From positions 62,001-126,000 of the IMG/VR virus record IMGVR_UViG_3300043219_000566: a DNA stretch of 64,000 nucleotides, one strand, 5' to 3'. A program made the position numbers and the translations under genes. This document shows, in pieces, positions 1 to 7,716 of the stretch. The first letter of the stretch is position 1. Each line of letters opens with the position of its first letter. Below the pieces are notes generated by a model. The model did not search any database and was not told the origin of the DNA. It worked only from the letters and a program-made list of their open reading frames with translations.

Positions 1-1
1 G

Positions 2-1264
2 CGCGGATTTGGCCGCGTCCGAGAACTCGACGTTCGTCATTCGCGCCTCGGAAGTATCGACCGTTTTGGTATCCAGCGGGCGACAGGTCCGCCAAGGCGC
101 GCGCAGGTTTTTCATCCACGGGAAAAGCGGAATCAGCTGCTCGACGTCGATGCTGCCGCGAGAAGAACCCACCTCGCGCAACACCTGGTACTGCCAGGGC
201 TCGATACCCGTGCGCCGCTTGTCGATTGCGCATTGAACTTCATTTGCGAGCGCAGGGCCACGGCAACGGTCAGGGCGCGTGCCGCAATCGTAACGACCGT
301 AGTGGAGAGGATCTCTGTTATTGCTGTAAAGGAAGCACGACGGGCAGAGCAGTCGGCGAAGCCGCCGGAGTCGCCCGCCCTGTTGCGCAGATAAACTCCG
401 AGCTTCCCGCAGACTCTCGTTGTTTTCCACATCGTTGCTGAGGTTATTGGCCAGGTAGGGCTCGAAGTGCATCCGCAATATAGCAGTTCGCGGCTCGCCG
501 TACGTTTGGCTCGGCAACAAAGCCTCCAACAACGGCTCGGCGCAAGTGAGCATTTTCGGAAACAGATCTGTCCCAGCGATGCAGTTGTACGTCATAAACT
601 GACACTCGCCGATCGACCAGTTTATCCGCCGCGGGCAGCTCTGCATGCACACGTCTCGGTAAGTAAGTATTCGAGACTGGTGCGCAACAATGGTGCGGCG
701 CGGATAGATCACATCGACTGCCTTAGCCTCGTGCGCACGAGCTGTACGTACTGCGCGACGCCACCAGTGCGCAGAACTGATTCGGCGGCCGTAGACGTAA
801 TAAGCCCGGAAATCGGACTGGTTGTAACCACCCGGCTGGATGAGCAGCCGCGCCGCCGCGGCTAATATCGGCAACGGGTAGATGTGTACAGCTAGTTCGT
901 TGGGATCTGCTCGCAAATCGTAGTGGGTGTGCTGATCCATGTTGCTGCGCGGCAGCACGAAAACCGCGGCGTTGACGAGCTTTTCCCAAGGAATCCGGTC
1001 TAACTCCTCCTTCTTGATGTAAGTTACGCCCAGTTCCCCGCGAGACAAGCCAGCTCCCAGCGCAGTGCGGAGCAGCGGAAAAATATCCTTTACCGGCTGG
1101 TGGTCTTCGATCTCGACGCACGTGTTTTTTAGATCTACGAGATCGTTCACAACCGGCAACGTTAGCGGGTTGCTGTTGGGTCCCCGAACACAAGTCGACA
1201 TGCTCCAGCTGCGCTTGTCCATACTAGCCAGAGGCAAGCACGTCCAAATAGGAAATCGGCTCAT
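2..1264 (-). CDS. Hypothetical Cys-cluster protein, 3'-truncated by the window edge (>421 aa); paralog of 1261..2952; absent from the ORF track
   Basis: Manual translation from ATG 1264 (ATGA overlap with the upstream stop) stays open to base 2. It contains YRDVCMQSCPRRINWSIGECQFMTYNCIAGTDLFP, which matches YRSYCLTCERKAEWSVGSCAFGRYNCVLGTDLVP in the neighbouring gene. Confidence 0.85.
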   Translation of the reverse strand, partial: MSRFPIWTCLPLASMDKRSWSMSTCVRGPNSNPLTLPVVNDLVDLKNTCVEIEDHQPVKDIFPLLRTALGAGLSRGELGVTYIKKEELDRIPWEKLVNAAVFVLPRSNMDQHTHYDLRADPNELAVHIYPLPILAAAARLLIQPGGYNQSDFRAYYVYGRRISSAHWWRRAVRTARAHEAKAVDVIYPRRTIVAHQSRILTYRDVCMQSCPRRINWSIGECQFMTYNCIAGTDLFPKMLTCAEPLLEALLPSQTYGEPRTAILRMHFEPYLANNLSNDVENNESLREARSLSAQQGGRLRRLRRLLCPSCFLYSNNRDPLHYGRYDCGTRPDRCRGPALANEVQCAIDKRRTGIEPWQYQVLREVGSSRGSIDVEQLIPLFPWMKNLRAPWRTCRPLDTKTVDTSEARMTNVEFSDAAKSA

Positions 1265-2952
1265 TCTAGGTACTCTTGTAAGGCTTGGTTCGTACCGATT
1301 TGGCGACAGCGCTCGAAGAAGCGCTGCGTATCGAGTCTGGTGAACTTCTTCTTGGTAGGCTCGACAATCACGCGCTTGAGCGCAGCATTCTGCGCACGGC
1401 GCTCGCGCGGTATCAGATTGCGCTTGCAGTACGCATAGAACTCGTCGGAGCTGGTAAGCCGCCAAGTATAGCGATTGTGCGGACCGGTGTAGTGCCTGGT
1501 CATCGAGTCGTCTTTGATCGTGTAGAACGTTGATAACCAGCGCCCCACGAAATTGAGCAGTTCCAAGTTGATCGCGAGGCGAACGCGCATACTCCACTTG
1601 CGGACCTGCGGAAAGACCTTGACAACTTCGGCTTCGGAGTCCATTTGCGCGCAGCCTCGCATCTCGCACAACTCGGCATACGTGATCATGTAGCCCCGAT
1701 GCGGATACTTGCTGCGCACAAGCCATACCCACTGGTCTGAGTACTGTATGTCCGGGCTATAGCGCACCGTCTTCATCCACTTCTCTTTTCTGGTCTGCGC
1801 GTCGAGCGCCAGCAGCGGCCGGACGATGTAATCCGGGCACTTGGAGCGCGCATGTCCGCTGAACCAGCGCTCCAGATCGCAAGTGTCTACCTCTGTTTTG
1901 GACAATGCGAACACGTGTAATATCCAGGGGTCAGGCAATGCTACGGGAATATCGGTCTCGCTGAACGGCCCAGCGCAGCTCTCCGCCACCCGCTTGCAGT
2001 AGGGCGTGCTATCGCGACCGATGATGCACGAGCGGCACTGAACATTGCGTATGCGTATGCGCGCGCCCGACTCTATCGCTGATTGTCTGTGCTCCGCGCG
2101 CGTCTGCCTAAACTCTTCGCGCAGCGTGGCCCTAACGCAGCCTACGCTGTAGGGCTCGAAAGCGTAGCGCTCGACGCAGTCTTCCTTCTGGCGAAAAGGC
2201 GTTTCGGCGAAAATCGCTTCCAGCCGCGGCAGCGGAGCAGAAAGTAACTCTGGCACCAGGTCGGTACCCAGCACGCAATTGTACCTGCCGAATGCGCAGG
2301 ACCCGACCGACCATTCGGCTTTGCGCTCGCACGTGAGGCAGTAGGACCGGTAGTCCAGTCGCTGGCCCTTGTGAATCAGGTAGAACTTGTTGCACGGCAC
2401 TGGTCTGGTACGCCAAATCTGCGTAATCAGCTCAGCTTGCTTGGTATCGGCCTGCGCCAGCACGCGCTGCTGTGCTCGCCAGGCAGGAATAGCCCCGTAG
2501 AAAATCATGAGCCGGAAATCGAACAACTGCGGTCGAGCCAACGTCATCGTCGTGCGCATCATCCACGCGTACCAATGCAGCGGGAACACGACGGCGTAGT
2601 ACGACAGCTCCTCTTCCGGCGTGGGTTCCTTGAACCAGCGTAACGCCTCGCAACTAATCAGCCACACCGCGCCGTTCTCTACCAACTCTGGCGTTACGAT
2701 CGGCGGAATCGAGACACCGAGATCCGGCTGGAACCAGCCGACCCCGATCTCCAGAGTTTTCTTCTTCAGTTGACCGAGCAGCCGCGCGCGCTGCTCCACG
2801 AAAGTCTCGGGATTCTTGAGAGCGGGCTCGGTGTGCGGATAATACTGCAGCTTCTCGCGCAGCGGGCAGCCGCGGGTGTTGTCGCAGATGTTAACATACC
2901 ACGCGCCCTGCCGGACGCGTCCCAAAGGAAAGCGAGTCCAGAACGCGGGCAT
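1261..2952 (-). CDS. Hypothetical protein (563 aa) with two four-Cys clusters
   Basis: Long ORF with GGAGG RBS 6 nt upstream of the ATG; motifs C-x2-C-x10-C-x6-C and C-x2-C-x9-C-x6-C. Confidence 0.85.
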   Translation of the reverse strand: MPAFWTRFPLGRVRQGAWYVNICDNTRGCPLREKLQYYPHTEPALKNPETFVEQRARLLGQLKKKTLEIGVGWFQPDLGVSIPPIVTPELVENGAVWLISCEALRWFKEPTPEEELSYYAVVFPLHWYAWMMRTTMTLARPQLFDFRLMIFYGAIPAWRAQQRVLAQADTKQAELITQIWRTRPVPCNKFYLIHKGQRLDYRSYCLTCERKAEWSVGSCAFGRYNCVLGTDLVPELLSAPLPRLEAIFAETPFRQKEDCVERYAFEPYSVGCVRATLREEFRQTRAEHRQSAIESGARIRIRNVQCRSCIIGRDSTPYCKRVAESCAGPFSETDIPVALPDPWILHVFALSKTEVDTCDLERWFSGHARSKCPDYIVRPLLALDAQTRKEKWMKTVRYSPDIQYSDQWVWLVRSKYPHRGYMITYAELCEMRGCAQMDSEAEVVKVFPQVRKWSMRVRLAINLELLNFVGRWLSTFYTIKDDSMTRHYTGPHNRYTWRLTSSDEFYAYCKRNLIPRERRAQNAALKRVIVEPTKKKFTRLDTQRFFERCRQIGTNQALQEYLE

Positions 2953-2963
2953 CTGAACCTCCG

Positions 2964-2992
2964 AAAAGAAGCGGGCGGCTAATGCCGCCCGC
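2964..2992 (-). terminator. Intrinsic terminator
   Basis: Perfect 9-bp stem GCGGGCGGC/GCCGCCCGC, 4-nt loop, followed on the minus strand by TTCTTTT. Confidence 0.8.
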
Positions 2993-3113
2993 GTCGTCTG
3001 TTGTAGCCGGTCACTTCGACAGAGCGTTTAGCGCCCCCCGGCCTACAACGGCGGTGGGGCCGGACCCGCTCGCGTGACCAGGAAAAAATTAGCCTAAACA
3101 GCCATGCCAACAT
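2979..3113 (-). CDS. 44-aa peptide MLAWLFRLIFSWSRERVRPHRRCRPGGAKRSVEVTGYNRRRGRH (candidate leader peptide or small membrane peptide); absent from the ORF track
   Basis: Near-perfect SD AAAGGAGGTG upstream of ATG 3113; the stop TAG (2979-2981) sits at the loop of the terminator hairpin. Confidence 0.65.
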   Translation of the reverse strand: MLAWLFRLIFSWSRERVRPHRRCRPGGAKRSVEVTGYNRRRGRH

Positions 3114-3128
3114 GACACTACACCTCCT

Positions 3129-4628
3129 TTAATTATCCTCTACCTCCAAAACTACAGAGTCGCCCCATTCGCACACTCTGCGGCGAAATTCCTCTTCGTC
3201 GTAGCCAGTGGAAGTCAGCACCCACAGCGTGTCGATCTCCGACTCTTCGTCGGGGGCCGTACCCATGCCGTCGGTAAAATACACGATGTAATCAGGCCGT
3301 GGGCACATGTCGTGCGCGTACTCGAAACCCGGACGAAAATCGGTGCCGCCGCGGCCGAAGAAGCGCTCCAGCTTGTCGAACCCGCTGTACTGCATCGGCT
3401 CGGTGCACACGCCTGCATCAACCTGAATGAGGAAAGTCACCGCGCCGTTTGCGCGCATGCCTCTCAATTCGGCTTCGATGCAGCGCAGCTCCTCCTCGCC
3501 CATCGAGCCCGAAGTATCGATGATCCACAGCGCCACCACGGTCTTGTCCCGCGAGCGACCCTTGTAGAACTCGAACAAGGAGCCGTCGGGCATCTGAACA
3601 GCGTCGCCGCGTCGCGAGGGCTTCCGCGGGTTGAACACCCGTTTGCGGCTTTCATGCTGACCATGCTTGCTGCGCAAAATGGACTGCCATCTAATTCGGG
3701 GCTGACGATTGAGAGCTTCGATGAACTGCTCAGCGTCGCCCGCCATAAACCCTTGGCTTTTGAGCGAGTGATTCGACGCTTGCAAGTTAACTTCGGCTTG
3801 GTTCATGAAGTCCCGCGAACAAGAGTCCATGTGCGCGCCGTCGCCCTGCGCGATGTCGTCCATCGAGTCGAACTTGGTTAGCCCGTGCTTGTCCAGCAGG
3901 TCCTGCAACGCGTCCTGCAGCTCAGGATCGTTGCACTTGGCGAAGAATTTGGCATTGCCTTGCCCATCGCCGGGGCGCTTGATCACGACCTTGATCGGAG
4001 AGGGCATGCTGCCTGCTCCGCCGCCTTGATCCCAGAGCTTGTCGGCGTACTCCTCCATGGTCAGGTTCCGATCGAACTCCCACATCTCTGGAACGGGCAG
4101 AATGATTCCCTCTTCGGCGAGAATCGACGGATCAATCACCTGGCTAAGCACGATTTGACCAGCGCGTTCCACAATCTCCTGTCCGTAACGCCTGACCAGA
4201 TCCTGCGCGCGTTGGCTGAAGTGCCCATACGGGATACGCAGCATCTGCTCCTTGAGAAATTCCTTACGCGCCAGGTGACTCAACCGGTCGTAAATTCCGA
4301 AATTGAGACCCAAAGTGAAGTCTCCGGTGCGCTCAGGCCGCACTACCGCAAGGACCTTGGGCTTTTCCCCGTCCTGTTCGGTCAGCTCCCGCGTATTCAC
4401 CATGTTCGCGAACGTCGCGTACCCAGCATCGTCGGTCGTCACCAAATCGTGGCGCACGTCCATCATCATGAGAGCGTGCTCGCTGCCCGGCACGAGCGGT
4501 TCCATTTTGAACTTGGGCCGGTGAGGAACGAGATAGATCTCGCCGATGATCTCGCCTCCGTCGTCGTTATTCGGCGGCAGGGGACTCGGAGGGTTCGGCA
4601 GAGGTGGTGTCGTCGGTTGATTGCTCAT
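3129..4628 (-). CDS. DUF2201-type protein: metallopeptidase-like N-domain plus C-terminal VWA domain
   Basis: VWA MIDAS motif IIDTSGSM, GRGGTDFRPGF and IVYFTDG; lies two genes from a MoxR-like AAA+ ATPase, the usual partner. Confidence 0.85.
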   Translation of the reverse strand: MSNQPTTPPLPNPPSPLPPNNDDGGEIIGEIYLVPHRPKFKMEPLVPGSEHALMMMDVRHDLVTTDDAGYATFANMVNTRELTEQDGEKPKVLAVVRPERTGDFTLGLNFGIYDRLSHLARKEFLKEQMLRIPYGHFSQRAQDLVRRYGQEIVERAGQIVLSQVIDPSILAEEGIILPVPEMWEFDRNLTMEEYADKLWDQGGGAGSMPSPIKVVIKRPGDGQGNAKFFAKCNDPELQDALQDLLDKHGLTKFDSMDDIAQGDGAHMDSCSRDFMNQAEVNLQASNHSLKSQGFMAGDAEQFIEALNRQPRIRWQSILRSKHGQHESRKRVFNPRKPSRRGDAVQMPDGSLFEFYKGRSRDKTVVALWIIDTSGSMGEEELRCIEAELRGMRANGAVTFLIQVDAGVCTEPMQYSGFDKLERFFGRGGTDFRPGFEYAHDMCPRPDYIVYFTDGMGTAPDEESEIDTLWVLTSTGYDEEEFRRRVCEWGDSVVLEVEDN

Positions 4629-5253
4629 CGCTCGTTTGTCCTTCCGCTTCTTCGGCTTCCAGTAACGCCGTAATCCGCCGCTGGCTCTCGTCCATGACGG
4701 TCGCCATCTGCTGAGCTACGTCGGAATGAGCCATTGCCTGCACCAGCGTAGCCGATACCGGGTCGCCGTCGGAATCTTTCTTGCCCGAAACCGCATCGGC
4801 TACGAACATGACGAGATCGATCGGGGTCAGCTCGGCCAGCTGTTTGCAAGCCTCCTTGATATCTTCCTTCTCGGGGAGATCTTGGCCGTCCGGAGCCGTC
4901 AGCTGCACCACCAGCGCGTGCGCCTGGTGCGCATTGCTTCCTGTCTTTACGGCTGCGGCCAACCTGGGCGTCAGCGCTTCTTCCGGAAAGAGTTTGGTTT
5001 TGCCTCGGTGCTCCAACTCCAATAGCGCAAACGCCAGCAGTTCGATGGGCTGAAGCATGAGCAGCAGCTCCATGGTACGCGCCCTGACCTCGGCGGGCGT
5101 GTCGTCGTCTGTCACCAGACCCAGCGCGGTCGTTACGAACTGCAGGCGCTCGGAGATGATATTCTCATCGTTCCACCGCTGCACCTCAGCCTTGAATTCA
5201 TCCTGTCGGCTGCCGTCGTCTGCGAGCAGCTCTGAGACCGTGATCGTCAACAT
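4567..5253 (-). CDS. Hypothetical acidic alpha-helical protein
   Basis: GGAG RBS 7 nt before ATG 5253 (preferred to the track start at 5310); acidic C-terminal tail. Confidence 0.75.
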   Translation of the reverse strand: MLTITVSELLADDGSRQDEFKAEVQRWNDENIISERLQFVTTALGLVTDDDTPAEVRARTMELLLMLQPIELLAFALLELEHRGKTKLFPEEALTPRLAAAVKTGSNAHQAHALVVQLTAPDGQDLPEKEDIKEACKQLAELTPIDLVMFVADAVSGKKDSDGDPVSATLVQAMAHSDVAQQMATVMDESQRRITALLEAEEAEGQTSDEQSTDDTTSAEPSESPAAE

Positions 5254-5264
5254 TGTCGTTCTCC

Positions 5265-5294
5265 AAAAACCCGGGGCGGTAGAAACCGCCCCGG
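5265..5294 (-). terminator. Intrinsic terminator abutting the RBS of the next gene
   Basis: 10-bp stem CCGGGGCGGT/ACCGCCCCGG, 4-nt loop, then GTTTTT immediately followed by GGAG. Confidence 0.75.
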
Positions 5295-5334
5295 AAACCA
5301 CGTCAACCAAAAACTCCCGGCCGCCGCAGTACGC

Positions 5335-6582
5335 CTACATCCCGGCGGCTTGCTGGTGTTGCGTATGGCGGTCCATCAGCTTTGCCAGCTGCTCGGCCAC
5401 TGCGCGTGTCTTGAGGTGTTTCACCAGCAGCGGGCTTTTACCCGTTCCCGTCGCAGCGTCCAGAATCGTCTGGATCAAATCCGTCTTGGGAATCGTCTCG
5501 ATGACCCCAGCCATACGCTGAGTCTGGGAATCACCCATCTCGATGTCCGGGTCGCCGAAGTAGGACGCGATGTCGTAAGATGTGGCCCCGATCAGCGCCT
5601 CGCTGCCGTCTTTGGCCCAGCTGCGCATCCGCGCGATGTGCGCCTCGTGCTCTTTCTGTGTCGCAGCATCCATGATGTCCTTGGCAAGCATCGGGTACGC
5701 CGACGGATCGTTGCCGCGCTCCATGTACTTGCTGAGGCTCTCGACCATACCAGTTGGCATATTGAGCCGCATGGTGTTGAGAAACTGCGAGCGGTTGAGA
5801 CTACGCAGCTTGAGCCAGCGGAACGCGAATGCGCCGAGCATCTCCCACTTGCGCGGACTAATCAGATCGATCATGCCCTTGTTCATCATCATGAAACCGT
5901 AGATCAGATCCGGCAGTTTCTCAGTAGTGCCCAGGTAGTGCAGCACCTCCTCGGGCTTCGGCTTCACCCAGAGCGGGAACATGCGGTCGCGGACGCGCTT
6001 ATCGAGCTGCTGATTGAGGTGGTACTGTATTCCGTCTGGATTAGTAGCGGCGATCCAGAACCAGCCCTTTTCGACCTGGTGACCGTAGTAGCCGGTATCG
6101 TAGCCGTCGGTCAGCAGCGTCGCGATCATGTTCTGGTGCGTATGGGTACCGGTACCGCACTCATCGATGAAAGCAATGCCGCCCTTGCCCTTGGGCTCGT
6201 CAACCGGCATCCAGTTCGGTAGCGTGAACTGGTGGTGACCCTGATCGTCGTACTCGCGCTTGAACACGCCGAGATTGTCTTCCTCCATCGAGTCGCCCAT
6301 GCGGATGCGGCGCAGCTCGAACTCGTGCCGACGTGCCCACTGCTTAACGACAGTAGACTTGCCGACGCCTGCTTCGCCGATCAGAACCGGGCACCAGGCA
6401 GTATTAAAGTCCGGGTCCCAGACGTCCAGAAAACTGTCGCCCTTCACGGCGCGACAGAAGAAAATGTCCAGTAGAGCGTCCAGCTCGGCGAAATTGATCG
6501 GACGCTGTTTCGCCAGAAACTCTTTATCCCAGGACAATGACTCAAACGTCTTTTTGGCCTTGTCCTTCTGATCCTTCGCCAT
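5335..6582 (-). CDS. MoxR-like AAA+ ATPase (AAA_5 type)
   Basis: Walker A GEAGVGKS, Walker B IAFIDE, sensor-1 AATNP, arginine finger RVRDR. Confidence 0.88.
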   Translation of the reverse strand: MAKDQKDKAKKTFESLSWDKEFLAKQRPINFAELDALLDIFFCRAVKGDSFLDVWDPDFNTAWCPVLIGEAGVGKSTVVKQWARRHEFELRRIRMGDSMEEDNLGVFKREYDDQGHHQFTLPNWMPVDEPKGKGGIAFIDECGTGTHTHQNMIATLLTDGYDTGYYGHQVEKGWFWIAATNPDGIQYHLNQQLDKRVRDRMFPLWVKPKPEEVLHYLGTTEKLPDLIYGFMMMNKGMIDLISPRKWEMLGAFAFRWLKLRSLNRSQFLNTMRLNMPTGMVESLSKYMERGNDPSAYPMLAKDIMDAATQKEHEAHIARMRSWAKDGSEALIGATSYDIASYFGDPDIEMGDSQTQRMAGVIETIPKTDLIQTILDAATGTGKSPLLVKHLKTRAVAEQLAKLMDRHTQHQQAAGM

Positions 6583-6943
6583 CTAGTTTGTCCTCCGGCG
6601 GTTTGGATTGCGGCAGCTGCTGCTGCAACGCAGCGATTCGTTGTTCCAACTCCTGCATCCGTTTTCCGACAGCCAGATCGTGCTGGCTGCGGACCGCTAG
6701 ACCGAGTTTGTCGATCTGACGACAGGCTTGCAGGAGTTCGCTGAGCGTCAGTGCTCGCGACGAGAGCAAAGTTCCGGCTGGTAATGAGCCTGCATCGTCC
6801 AGGTGGTAATCGAAGACGATGGCAACTGTGCGGAGATCGGGAAATCGGCCCAGAAGGGCCTGGAGTATGGTTTGCGCCTCCTCAGTCAGACCCTGATCCA
6901 GCCGTTTTCTCTCGGTCGGTGGGTTGTTCGGTGATGCCGTCAT
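6542..6943 (-). CDS. Hypothetical protein with C-terminal coiled coil
   Basis: Open frame with a Gln/Leu/Glu-rich heptad segment (MQELEQRIAALQQQL); start codon uncertain. Confidence 0.6.
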   Translation of the reverse strand: MTASPNNPPTERKRLDQGLTEEAQTILQALLGRFPDLRTVAIVFDYHLDDAGSLPAGTLLSSRALTLSELLQACRQIDKLGLAVRSQHDLAVGKRMQELEQRIAALQQQLPQSKPPEDKLDGEGSEGQGQKDV

Positions 6944-7328
6944 GGGACAGGTCCTCCGGGTCCTCAGTAATTGTGACAGGATCAATTTCGATATCATCAC
7001 CCGAGGGGGACCTGCTCCACTGCTTGGTCAGATCGTTCAACAAGTTCGCCCCGCGGATCGCGCTTAGCCACAGCATTATGACCAGAAATGGGCTAAATGC
7101 GAGTCCAGCGGACGAGACTATCCAGTGCCCCGATAGAAGCAAGACCGCGATGGCCGCGGCCCAGTGGCTGAAGCAGAAGCCGCAGCCCACCAACTCTTCC
7201 CAAAAGGGACCACGAGATTCCACCCACGCGCGGAGACCACGCAAGAGGGAACTGTGCCGGAATGTTTCCGTGAGCTGGCACGTCGAGACAATTGCAAGAA
7301 CGAGCTGAAACCACAGCGAGGCATCCAT
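6882..7328 (-). CDS. DUF1360-like membrane protein with CxxC motif
   Basis: GGAGG RBS; about 3 hydrophobic segments; motif CGFCFSHW at the start of the second TM helix. Confidence 0.7.
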   Translation of the reverse strand: MDASLWFQLVLAIVSTCQLTETFRHSSLLRGLRAWVESRGPFWEELVGCGFCFSHWAAAIAVLLLSGHWIVSSAGLAFSPFLVIMLWLSAIRGANLLNDLTKQWSRSPSGDDIEIDPVTITEDPEDLSHDGITEQPTDREKTAGSGSD

Positions 7329-7335
7329 GCAGCTT

Positions 7336-7485
7336 TTAACCTCCGTGTCTATGTCGTGCCAAGCACGCAATTCCGGCTAATGTGCCGCCGCCCAGCAGCA
7401 AGGCCGCTAGCGGCGAAATCCGCGCTGCTCCGATGGCCGAAACCAACAAGAGCAACACGACGAGAACCTTCGGACCATCGTTCAT
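7336..7485 (-). CDS. 49-aa two-TM membrane protein MNDGPKVLVVLLLLVSAIGAARISPLAALLLGGGTLAGIACLARHRHGG; absent from the ORF track
   Basis: TAATG stop/start coupling with the upstream gene; two hydrophobic stretches and a basic C-terminus. Confidence 0.65.
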   Translation of the reverse strand: MNDGPKVLVVLLLLVSAIGAARISPLAALLLGGGTLAGIACLARHRHGG

Positions 7486-7688
7486 TAGACTGGTGTCTCG
7501 CTCCCTTCCAAACCTTTCCGGTCGGGAGACGGATCAGGCCAGCTTTCCGGCGCAGGTTCGCCAGCGTGGGTCCTTTCAACGTCTTCGTCGTGCGCGTGGT
7601 GCACGCCTTCCTGATATTGGTCGGCGCTACCCTTGACGTGTTTCCAGACGCCATGTCGCTTCAGATAGGTGGAAGGGGAGTTGGGCAT
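7485..7688 (-). CDS. Small hypothetical protein (67 aa)
   Basis: AGGAG RBS 9 nt upstream; divergent from the terminase. Confidence 0.6.
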   Translation of the reverse strand: MPNSPSTYLKRHGVWKHVKGSADQYQEGVHHAHDEDVERTHAGEPAPESWPDPSPDRKGLEGSETPV

Positions 7689-7716
7689 TTGTTTTCTCTC
7701 CTGCTAACCTTTACCG

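Noticed and set aside
7349-7654. 101-aa basic ORF resembling a histone-like protein
   Set aside because: No RBS; it overlaps two better-supported ORFs (7485..7688 with AGGAG, and the coupled 7336..7485) in other frames.
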